From NCBI GenBank assembly GCA_014905635.1, contig CM026547.1, positions 4,216,001 to 4,280,000 of the forward strand: a stretch of 64,000 bases of DNA, given 5' to 3'. The position numbers were made by a program, and so were the translations under genes. The notes under the pieces are model-generated. The model had not been told where the DNA came from. It worked only from the letters and a program-made list of their open reading frames with translations, and did not search any database. This DNA comes from Scenedesmus sp. PABB004. Lineage: Eukaryota. Positions 38,022-48,670 of this stretch are shown piece after piece; positions within the stretch are counted from its first letter, which is position 1, and every line of letters begins with the position of its first letter.

Positions 38022-38691
38022 GGCGACGTGGGCTGGCGGGGGCTGTGCGGCAGGCCTGGCGGGCGCGACAGACGAGCGCCTGCGCCAGGCAGGGCTGGCG
38101 CTAGGCCCCGATCAGCAGCCCTGGAGCGGCCGCTGCTTTGTGGCGGGCGCCTGGCGCGTGCGGAGCGCGGCGCTGCCCGGCAGCGGCGGCGGCGCGTGTG
38201 AGTGAGGCCGCTGCTCGCGCTCCCCGGGGGCGGCGGCGGCGGGGTGGGCCTCCCTGCCCTGAGTGAGACGCGGTGTGGCCGGCCCGGCGAGTTCGGGCGG
38301 CTCAGCCAAAACCCCGCCGCGCGCGCCGCAGGGAGCTGCGAACATCTGATCGCGGCGACGCCGCCACACACAGCGCATGCGGTTACCGCCGACCGCTCAC
38401 GCGCTGGGCTTGCGCGCAAGGCAGGCAGCAACTGGCGGCTGAGTGGGGCGCGGCCGCCCCGCAGCGCATGCAGCTGCTCACGAGCCCCGCGGCGGCGCGG
38501 CGCAGCCTCCGCTGCTGCAGCCGCCGGCAGCGGCGGCCAATGCGCCGCCGCCGCGACCGGGCACCGGCGGCACCCTCAGGTGTGTCGCGAACGCGTCGGC
38601 GTCCGGGCGCCGCCCCTCCGCGCGCTGCAGCCCTGCCCGGCTCGCAGCGCGATTTCCTTCCATCCCTCTACCTGACGCCAGCAGCAGCTGC

Positions 38692-39955
38692 TTAGTCGCC
38701 CTTCCGGCGGAACGAGCAGCCTGGCAGGCGAGCGGGCGGGCGGGCGAGCGCGCGGCGGGGAGCGCGTCAGCGCCGGCCGCTGCCGCCGCCGCGCGCGCGC
38801 TGCCCGGCGGCCTCCCGCCGCCCGCCACACATGGCCAGCCGCTCCCCGCGGCTGCGGCCGCCGCGCGCGCGCTGCCGCCGGCCGCTCACCCTCCGTCAGG
38901 CGCGCGCGGCCACCCGTGGGCGTGCACAGCACCGTCGAGCAGCTGCCGCACAGCACCACAGACTGCGGGGCACGCAGCGACGGCGGGGCGTCGGCGAGCG
39001 CGCGCAGCGACGGCGGGGAACGCGCGCGCACACGCTGCGCTGCGGACCGCTGCCGCTGCCGCTGCCGCTGCCCAGCCGCCGGCCGCCGGCCGCCGGCCGC
39101 CTGCGCCGCCGCTGCTGCCGCCCGTGCGCCGCCGGTGCGCAACGCACCTGGCTGTGGCTGAACACGGTCGTGCTGCGGGGCGCGGGCGAGCGCGGCAGGG
39201 CGGCGGCCGGGGGTCAGCGTCGGCCGGCGCCCGCGCGCGCGCGCATGGCCGCGGCACGCCGTGCGACGGCACCCGGCGTTGTGTGTGCGCGCGCGCGCGC
39301 AGCTGCCGCAGCCCGCCGCGGCCCACCCCCCGCGAGCGGCGGCGGGGGCCCCGAGGCCGGCGCCGCTGCGCTGCTGCGCCGTGGCCGTGGCCCTGCCGCT
39401 GTCGCTCACATGCTGAAGCAGCCCGTGCACTTCACGTCCATGAAGAAGCTGTTGGGCGACTGCACCAGCCGCTTGAGCTTGTGCTTCTGCTTCTCCAGCG
39501 AAGCAGGCGGGTTCAGCAGGTCGATATCCGAAGAGAGCACCTGCGGGGAGGCGCCGGGCGGTCCCGCGGGGGGTGGGCGGCCCGCCGCGCGGGCGGCCGA
39601 ACGCGCGGCGCCCCCGCCGGCCGGCGGCCGCAACAGCGGCGGCTGCCGCGCGCGCCGCCGGCGCCTGCGCGCCGCTGCCGGCGGCCCGGCGGCCGCCATG
39701 GCCGCGCGCCCCGACGCCGACGGCCACGGCGCCGCCGGGGGCGCGGCGCGGGGCCCGGCCGGCCGCCCGCCGGCTGCTCGAGGCATCAGGCGCACGCCGC
39801 CGCCCCGCGCCGCGCTGCCGCCGCGCCGGTCGCCGCCCGGGGACACGAAGGACGCGGGCGGGCCGCCCTCAGGGCGCGAGGGGCGAGATCGAGGCGGCTG
39901 CTGCCCCCTCCTGATGGTCCCCGCCCGCCCGCGCGCCGCGCCGCCCGCGCACCAT
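38692..39955 (-). CDS. RPS27: 40S ribosomal protein S27 (eS27), 5 coding exons; the first is the ATG alone
   Basis: [86 protein letters not shown]. Confidence 0.98.
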
Positions 39956-40798
39956 CTTGGCGTCTCAAGCGGGGCAGGCTTGAAACGTCAGCGAAAGAGG
40001 GCGAGTCCAGCGCCTGCGCGCGCCATAGCAGGCCGAAGCGAGCGCGGTTCAGGTGTTAAGCCTGGAGGCGGCTGGCGCAAGGAGGCCGCCCGCCCGGCCG
40101 GGCGCTCGAGACCGCGACGCCGCGCTGCGGGGCTGACCGGGGAGGTGCCTGGGCTTGCGCTGGCGTGGGGGCACGCTGCTGGGCGCCCCAGTGGTGTGGC
40201 TGTGCCTGGCGTGGCGCCGTGATCGCGCGCGCTCTGCAGGGACAGGCAGCCGGCAGCCGCGCCGCGCCGCCGCCGCCCCGGACGACGCGCGGCCGCCGCC
40301 GCGCGGCAGCGCGCCTTCACGCACACACGCCTGCGGCTTGCGCCTGCACTCCCTGCCCCGGGCAGCAGCTGGCGGTGGCCGCAGGAGCCGCCGCCGCAGA
40401 GGCGCCGCCGCCGCGGCGGCCGGTCCCGCGCGCGCCGCGGCGGCCGCGGCGCGCCGCTGGTCGGCCCCCCCGCCGCGGAAGCACGCGGCGCGCCCTGTGG
40501 TCCTCAGCGCTCCCCAGCTCCTCACCCGTGACGTCGGCGGCGCGCGGCAGCCAGCCGGCCCGCGCGGCGCTGGCCGCGTCGCAGCGTTCGCGCAAAAGCC
40601 TGACGACAGCTGCACCGCCGCCGCGTGCCAGCCCCTCCCTGCCCGTGCCTTCAGAGCGCAAGACACGCGCCGCGGTCCGCGCGGTGCCAGACCGCCCAGC
40701 GCGCCCTGCACGCACGCAGCAGTCCGGCGCCCATCCCTGGCGCCGCCGCGCCCCGCCGCCGCCCGCCCGCCGCCCCTGCGGCTCCCCGCGCCCGCTCC

Positions 40799-43700
40799 AT
40801 GGCCGCCCCCGGGGCGGACACGTTTGAGGCCAACCAGCTGCGCTATGAGGCGTACAGCCGGCTCCAGGCGGCGGCGGTCGCGTTTGGCGAGCGCTGCGCG
40901 CTGCCCATCCCCGAGATCGTGGCCATCGGCGGCCAGAGCGACGGCAAGAGCAGCCTGCTGGAGGCGTTCTTGGGGGTGCGCCAGCCGGCGCCGGCGCCGG
41001 CTCGGGCACTGGAGGTGCTGGCCGCCGGCTCACGCGCCGCCCCACGCGCCGCCCCGCGCGCCGCGCCGCAGTTCCGCTTCAACTATGCGACGTCCGAGAT
41101 CGGCACGCGGCGGTGCGCGGCGCCGGCAGCCGGTCGCCGCCAGGCCGGCCCGCGCGCGTGCGCGCGCCGCCGACCGCCCGCGCCCGCACGCGCCCGCGCG
41201 CTCGCGTGCGCAGGCCGCTGATCGTGCAGATGGTGCACGACCCCTCGGCGCAGGAGCCGCGCTGCCGGCTGCAGGACGAGGACAGCGAGGAGTACGGGCC
41301 GCCGATCGTGCCCGAGACGGGCGTCGCGGACGCGATCCTCGCGCGCACGACGGAGCACCTCCGCGCGCGCGGCGGCGTGTCGGTGAGCGCCAAGCCCATC
41401 GTCATGCGCGCCGAGTTTGCCTTCTGCCCCAACATCACCATCATCGACACGCCCGGCTTCATCCTCAAGGCAAGGCGCGGCGCGGCGCGGCGCGGGCGGC
41501 GCGCGCGCGGCCGACGGCCGACGGCCGCTGCCGCCGCCGCGGCGCCGCAGGCGCGCAACGGCGAGCCGGACAGCACGCCGGACGAGATTATGGCGATGGT
41601 CAAGGAGCAGGCGGCGCCGCCGCACCGGCTGATCCTGTTCCTGCAGCAGAGCTCGGTCGAGTGGGCGAGCTCGCTGTGGCTGCGCGTGGTGCAGGAGCTC
41701 GACGCCTGGAACCGCACGGTGCGCGGCGGCAGACGACCGCGTCGCGCGGCCGCGCCGGCGCCGGCCGCGCGCGCAGCCGCAGCCGCGGCCGCCGGCGCCA
41801 CTGAGCGCGGCGCGCCCGCGTGCCGGGCGCGCGCAGGTGATTGTCGCGAGCAAGTTTGACAACCGGCTCAAGGAGTTCCAGGAGCGCTGGGAGGTCGACA
41901 AGTACCTCTCGGCCACGGGCTACCTGCCGGCCAACGTCAAGCCCTTCTTCGTCGCCCTGCCCAAGGCGCGCGCGGGGCGGCGGCGGGCGGGGGGGGCACG
42001 GCGGGGCCGGCCGGGCGCGCCGGGCGCCGCCGCCCAGCCCCGCGCCGCGCCGCGCCGCACCGCGCAGGAGCGCAACATCCAGAGCAGCGCCGAGTGGCGC
42101 GGCGCGATGGCGGCGGTCGACGCGGGCGTGCTGGAGCACATGCGCGGCGCGATCAAGGGCGGCTTTGACGAGGAGCGCCACGGCCCGCGCATCGGCTTTG
42201 CCAACCTCAAGCGGTGCGCGGCGCGGGGCCGCCGCCGGCGGCGGGGCACGCCTGAGCGCGCGCGCACGCGCGCCCGCGGCGCTGACTGCCCCGCCTGCCC
42301 GCACGCGTGCCCGCCCGTGCCCGGGCAGCTTCCTGGAGGACGAGCTCGCGCGGCGCTACCGCGAGGCCGCGCCGGGCACGCTCGCGCTCCTGCAGGAGCG
42401 CTGCGAGGCTCTGGGCAAGGAGCTGCTCGCCGTGGACGCCCGCCTGAGCGCGTGCAGCGACGTCGCCGCGATGCGCCGCCTGGGCATGCAGCACGCGGCG
42501 GCCACGGCGGCGACGATGGCGGAGGTGCTCGCGGGCTGCGTCGACCCCGACCCCGCGCAGCACGGCATGACGAGCGAGGAGGAGCGCGCCGCGTCCAACG
42601 TGCCGGTGCGGCGCGCGCGCCTCGGACGGCCCGCCCGCTGGTCGCGCCGCCGCCCGCGCGCGCCCGACCGCGCCCGCCGCCGCCGCCGCCCCGCGCGCGC
42701 GCAGTGGCCCGGCTGCCTCGACGCCGTCAAGCCGCCCAACGCGGGGCTGCGCCTCTTTGGCGGCGCCGCGTTTGAGCGCTGCCTGAATGAGTTCCAGGTC
42801 GCCGCCAACACGCTCGCCTTCCCCTCGGGTGCGCGCCAGCTGCCGCCGCGCCTCGCGGCCGCGCCTCGTGGCCGCGCCTCACGACCACGCCTCACGGCCG
42901 CGCTCCGCGCCCGCCGTGCGCGCCCGCCGGCGCAGCGGCCGTGGCGCGCGACCGCGTGGCCAACGTGCTGCTCGCGTACAAGGGCAAGCACCACCTGGGC
43001 GGCGCGGCGCGCGCCGCCGAGGACATCGCGCGCCAGACCGCGCGCGAGCTGCTGGGCCCGCTGCTCGACGCCGCGTGCGCGCGGCTGGGCTTTGTGCTGC
43101 GCTGCGCGCTGCAGATCGCGGCCGACAAGAGCATGCGCACCGGTGCGCCGCGGCGCCGGCGGCCAGAGCGCGCGCGGCACGCAGCGTGGCGTGGGCGCGC
43201 CCCCCCCCCCCCCCCCCCACACACACACGTCGCCCGCCCGCCTGCCGCGCCGGGCCGCGCCGCAGGCCCCGGCAAGGAGGCGCTCGCGCCGTACGTCGCC
43301 TTCCACGCGGCGCTGCGCTCTGCGCACCTCGCGTTCGTCGCCAGGCTCGAGGCCGGCGCGCGCGCGCAGCTGCGGCAGCACCTGGACACCTCGACCAGCG
43401 AGTTTGCTCTGAGCATGATGGCGGCCATGCCGGATGTGCACCTGCCGCCGCCGGCGCCCGTCGCCGCGCTCGGCAGCCAGGCGCACGGCCGCGGCGGCGG
43501 CGACGACGCGGAGAACGTGCCGCCGGGCGACGAGGCGGCCGGCAGCGAAGCGGGCGGCATGGCTGTGCGCGCGCGCGCGCGCGCGCGTGGGGTGTGTCCT
43601 TTGGCTGCCCCGCCGCTCACCCACACTGCGCCTGCCCGCGCTCGCGCGCGCCCGCGCTCGCGCGCGCCCGCCGCGCGCAGCTGGGCGCGCTGGCGCAGCG

Positions 43701-44433
43701 CACGCCGTACCGGCCCATCCAGATGACCGTCCCCGAGACGCCCTCGCCGGAGCTGCTCGCCGCGCAGGCCGCCGCGGCGGCGCGCAAGGCGGGCGGCCCC
43801 GGGCGGCACGTCAGCGACACCACGCCCAGCAAGGGCCGCGTCGCCAAGGCGGCGCGCGTCGAGGAGCCGCACGGCGCCGCTGCCGCCGCGCACAGTGAGC
43901 GCGCGGGCGCCGCGGGCGCCGTGGCCGCAGCACCGCAGCCGCCGCCACGCCGCCGCCGCCGCCGCCTTGCTCGCGCGCAGGCGCGCTGTACGAGGGCCGC
44001 GGCACGTACGCGGACGTCGTGGCGTACGCGGAGCGCCTCTTCGGCCGCATCCTGCAGGCCGTCGCGTGCACGGCGGCGCCAGCGACGCTCAAGGCGGCGT
44101 TCCTGGAGCCCGCGGCTGCGAGCGGCGAGATGGCGTGCGAGGTCGCGCTGGAGCTCTTTGCGCGCAGCGACGCCGACTACATGCAGCTCTTCACCGGTGC
44201 GAGGCCGCCGGGGCAGCTGGCGCGGGCCGCCGGGCAGCCGCCGCACCGCGCGAGAGCTGGCTGCTGACGCCGCCGCCGCGCGAGCTGGGCGCTGACGCCG
44301 CCGCCGCGCGCCGCGCCGCGCAGCCGCGGGCGCAATGAAGGCACTGCAGGCGAAGCGCGACACGCTGCACCGGCGCTGCGAGGGCCTGCTCAAGTGCAAG
44401 ACCGAGTTTGCGGAGCTCGCGCGCTGCCTGTGA
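40799..44433 (+). CDS. DRP5A: Dynamin-related protein DRP5A (cytokinesis-type), about 13 exons
   Basis: YEAYSRLQAAAVAFGE..LPIPEIVAIGGQSDGKSSLLEA (G1), GTRRPL (G2), IDTPGF (G3), LFLQQSSVEW.SSLW, SKFDNRLKEF (G4) match plant DRP5A rather than ARC5/DRP5B. Confidence 0.93.
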
Positions 44434-44942
44434 CGCCCCGCGGCGGAGTAAAAACAACGAGCGCGCGGCCTCGACCACCGGCGCCAGGGCTCCGGCCGCT
44501 GCACCCCGCGCCGCCGCCGCCGCCGCCGCGGGCTTCCCGCAGCGCCTGGCGCGGTCACGCCACCTTTTCGCGCGCCCTCGAGCGCGACGCCCCCGCGCTG
44601 ACGCCGGCCAGCGGGCAGCCCCGACCTGCACGCCCCGCCGCCCAGCTCCGCGCCTCCTCCGCTCCGTGACCAGCGCGTCGTCGTGAGAGGTGCGTCGGCG
44701 TCGCGCGAGCTCAGGGGCGGCCTGGACGCGCGCGCGGCGCCGCGGCCGGGCCGGAGGCGCGCGATGGCACGCCGGCGGCGCCCGCAGCGCCCCCACGCGC
44801 GCGCCGGCGCGCGGCCGGGTGGGGGAGTCAGCCCAGCCTGTCCGCCGCGCTGCGCGAGCGGCGCGCCGCAGCGCCGCGCCGCGCCGGCGGGCGGCGGCCC
44901 ACGCGCCGCTGCCGCCGCCGCCGTCGCCGCGCCGCAGGGGCC

Positions 44943-45836
44943 ATGACGGTCGACGCGAGCGCCGCGGCGGCCGCGGCCGCCAAGGAGGCCAAGCTGGCCA
45001 AGAAGCTGGCCAAGCTGCAGGCCAAGGCGGCGGCCGCCGGCGGCGACGCCGACGCCGTGGCTGCGGCGGCCAAGGCCGCCAAGAAGCTCGCCAAGGCGCG
45101 CGCCGCGGCGGCGGCCGCGGCGTCGCCTGCCGACACCACGCCCTCCACTGAGAGCGAGGACAGCGCGGTCGCGCTCGCCGCCGAGAGCGGCAAGAAGAAG
45201 GGCAAGGCCAAGAAGCGCGCCCGCGACGCAGCAGGTGCGGCGTGGCGGCGCGGGCGGCGGTGTTGGTGTTGTTGCGGGTGCTGGCCTGCTCGCCAGCAGC
45301 GCGCAGCCAGCGAGTTAGCAGCGCGCAGCCAGCGAGCCGGCCAGCCGCCACATCCACGGGTGGGCCCGCGGGCGCCTTTAGCCGGGCGCCTGCGGGCCGT
45401 AAACCAGGAGCACCCGGCCAGCGTGCGGGGCCAGGGGCGCGCGTCAGCGCCCCCTGCTCCCCGCCCGGCCGCCCCTCGTGGGTGCACAGTCCGTGAGCTA
45501 AACACCCGAGAGCGACGGCGCGCGGTCGAGCCCAGCCCGCGGGGTTCCCGTGCGCCCGCGACTGCTGATTCCATCACCTTGGGGAGCCCCGTCGGGGCAG
45601 TTACCTCTTGGGTCTTACCCAGCATGCGACACGCGCGGCGCACAGCACGCAGCGCAGCACGCAGCGCGCCCGCGGCCGGTGACCGCGGCGCGGCCACGCT
45701 CTCTCGCGCGCGCGCCCGCTCACCCGCCCCACTGCCACGCCCGCCCCGTCCCGCGCCGCCCCGCCACGCCACCAGCGGCTGCGGCCGACGAGCCCGCCGC
45801 GGCCGGCGGCAAGCAGGCCAAGAAAGCCAAGAAGGG

Positions 45837-45886
<50 letters not shown>

Positions 45887-47722
45887 CGGCGGCCGGCGGC
45901 GGCAAGAGGGCGCAGCAGCATGCGGCGCCGGGCGGCAGGCGACCGCTCGCCGTGGTCGGCGACGCCGCGCTCGCGGCGAGCCGCCCGCCCATCGTGCGCG
46001 CACTGTACACGGAGCACCCGGACGTGTCCGCGCTGAGCGACGCCGCGGTCGCGGCGCTGCGCGCGGAGCGGCGCACCGCGCTCGACGGCGCCGACCTGCG
46101 CCCGGTGCTCGCGTTTGAGCACACCGGCCTGCCCGAGGCCATGCTGCACGCGACGCGCGACTTTGTGTCGCCGTCGCCCATCCAGGCGCAGTGCTGGCCG
46201 GTCATCCTGTCTGGCCACGACCTCATCGGCATCGCCGCGACGGGCAGCGGCAAGACGCTCGCGTTTGGGCTGCCCATGCTGCGGCACATCGTCGCGCAGC
46301 GCGACGCGCCCGGCGGGCCGCCGCCGGGCAAGGGCCCGCGCGCGCTCGTGCTCGCGCCGACGCGGGAGCTCGCGGTGCAGATCGCGGCGGTGCTCGAGGA
46401 GGCGGGCAGCCGCTGCGGCGTGAGCTGCGTGTGCGTGTACGGCGGCGTGCCAAAGGGGCCCCAGGTCTCGGCGCTGCGCGCGGGCGTCGACATAGTCGTC
46501 GGCACGCCGGGGCGGCTCGAGGACCTCATGCAGGACGGCGCGTGCAGGCTGCAGGTGCGCGCCGAGCTTCTTCTGCCGCGCACAGCCCACGCACCGCCGA
46601 GCGCCTGCCCCGCGCGCCTGCCGCGCGCCTACACGCGCCGACGCGCGCGCCCGCGTCCCGCCGCCGCGCCGCAGGGCGTGACCTACCTGGTGCTGGACGA
46701 GGCCGACCGCATGCTCGACCTGGGCTTTGAGCCGCACATCCGCGCGATCGCGGGCACGGTGCGGTCGGACCGGCAGACGCTCATGTTCTCAGCGACCTGG
46801 CCCTCCGCGGTGCAGCAGCTCGCGGCCAACTACCTCGCCGCGCCGGCCAAGGTCACGATCGGGTCGGCCGACCTCGCGGCGAGCCACAGCGTGACGCAGC
46901 ACGTCGAGGTCGTCGACGGCGCCGCGCGCGACGACCGCCTGCTCGCGCTGCTGTCCAAGCACCACGCGAGCCGCGCCAACCGCATCATCATCTTCGTGCT
47001 CTACAAGCGCGAGGCGCCGCGGCTCGAGGCGCTGCTCAAGCGCAAGGGCTGGGCCGCCGCGGCGGTGCACGGCGACATCAGCCAGGCGCAGCGCAGCGCC
47101 GCGGTCGACGGCTTCAAGGCGGGCACCTGCCCGCTGCTCATCGCGACCGACGTCGCCGCGCGCGGGCTGGACATCCCCGACGTCGAGGTCGTGGTCAACT
47201 ACTCCTTCCCGCTGACGATCGAGGACTACGTGCACCGCATCGGCCGCACCGGCCGCGCGGGCAAGAGCGGCACCGCGATCACGTTCTTCGTCGGCGCCAA
47301 CGACAAGCAGCGCGCGGGTGCGCGCGCGTGCGGGCCGCGGGCCGCGGCACCGCGCGCGGCCGCGCAGCGCTCGGCGCTGACCGCGCATGTCCGGCGCCGC
47401 CGCCGGCGCGCAGGCGAGCTGATCAACGTGCTGCGCGAGGCGAAGCAGAAGGTGCCGGACGCGCTGCTCGCGTTTGGCACGACGGTCAAGAAGAAGGAGC
47501 ACAAGCTGTGAGCGCCGCGCGCGCGCCGCCGCCCCACCCTCTCACTCCCCCTGACTGCTCAGCGCGCCGCGCCGCCGGACCCTGGTCAGGCCTGCTGCGC
47601 CCTGCGCGCGCCGCCCATGCTCCCGCCCGCCGCGCGCCCGCGCGCTGCGCAGGTATGGCGCGCACTTCAAGGCTGGCGTGGACATGTCCAAGAAGGCCTC
47701 CAAGATCACCTTTGACGACTGA
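44943..47722 (+). CDS. DBP3: DEAD-box RNA helicase DBP3/RH5 (ribosome biogenesis), 5 exons, Lys-rich and polyQ N-terminus
   Basis: PSPIQ, AATGSGKT, PTRELA, GTPGR, LDEAD, MFSAT, ATDVAARGLDIP, HRIGRTGR and the DBP3-type C-terminus FGTTVKKKEHKLYGAHF...KITFDD. Confidence 0.94.
45350..45634 (+). ncRNA. Candidate intronic box H/ACA RNA, U17/snR30-like (may be one long RNA or two adjacent H/ACA RNAs)
   Basis: Lies in the long, lower-GC DBP3 intron 1 (45235-45775). 14-bp hairpin 45363-45398; ANANNA (AAACCA) 45401-45406; hairpin GCACCC/GGGTGC 45410-45485 followed by ACA; 3' hairpin TGCTG-ATTCCAT-...-CTTACC-CAGCA-TGCG followed by ACA at 45629-45631. Confidence 0.55.
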
Positions 47723-48670
47723 GCTGCCAGCTGTCAGGAGCGTGCGCGCGGCCGGCGCGGCAGCACGGAGCTCCTCCTGCTGCTGCGGAGAGGGCGACCC
47801 TCGCGAGTAACCGCCCGTGTGTGTGTGTGCCGCTGTTGCGAGCTCGCGCGATCAGGGTTTACCGCCAGCAAGTGTCTCTCAGCGCTCGCTCCGAGGCGTG
47901 CGCGCCGCCGCCGCGCTCGCCGCGCCCGTCGCTGGTCGCGGCCTCTGCCCGCATGGCTGGCTGCGGCCCGCTGCGCCGCACACGCGTGCGGCTGTGCGCG
48001 GCGGCCCGCGCAGCATGCGCGCGCCAAGGGCCGCCCCGCGCGGGGGCGCGGCCGGGCCCGGCGCCGGCGCGCGCACAGCGTTGGGCGCTCTTGCCGCGCG
48101 GCAAGAGCAAAAGGGAAAGCAAATGTATCGCAAAGAGGGCCCGGCCACAACCGCGGGAGGCGCGCGCCGCGCGCGGCCGCTCTGCACAGAACCCTCACCC
48201 AGGGCCGCGTGGTCGCTGCTGCCTGCCTACCCTGGGTCGCGCCGGTCATCCGTTGGTTTTGAGTTTTGCGCCCCAGAGCGGCCGACGCTATGTGCGACCC
48301 CAAGTTCCCCCCTCACACACGCGCGCGCACAAGCGCGCATACTTGCACGCACACACACACGCGAGCACGGCCGAGCGCCGCGCCCGGGTGGGCCGCCGCC
48401 GCGTGCCTGCCTGCCTGCCTGCCGCGGCGCGGGCACGCGCCGCGCCGCGCCGCGCCGCGCCGCGCCGCGCGCTGCGCGCGCGCGCGCCGAGAGGGGAGCG
48501 CCTGCGCCCCTCTCCGACCGGCCGCGCCACGCGTGCGCGCGGCGGCGCAGCGCCGCCCGCGCCCGCGCCCGCCCTGCTGCTGCTGCCGCGACTGCTCCCG
48601 CCGGCGGCGGCCGGGCCGCGGCGCAGCCGCTGCTGCGCCCGCCGCGCCCGCCCGCCGCGGCGCCGCCTCG

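Noticed and set aside
39541..39952. Long RPS27 intron 1 with a GGGGAC/GTCCCC-closed stem, possible snoRNA host
   Set aside because: No convincing C/D or H/ACA boxes; GC-rich stems arise by chance here.
45486..45625. RNase MRP, SRP or telomerase RNA interpretation of the DBP3 intron element
   Set aside because: No GAAAGUCCCC CR-I motif, no SRP helix-8 signature and no full CCCUAAA template; an H/ACA layout fits better.
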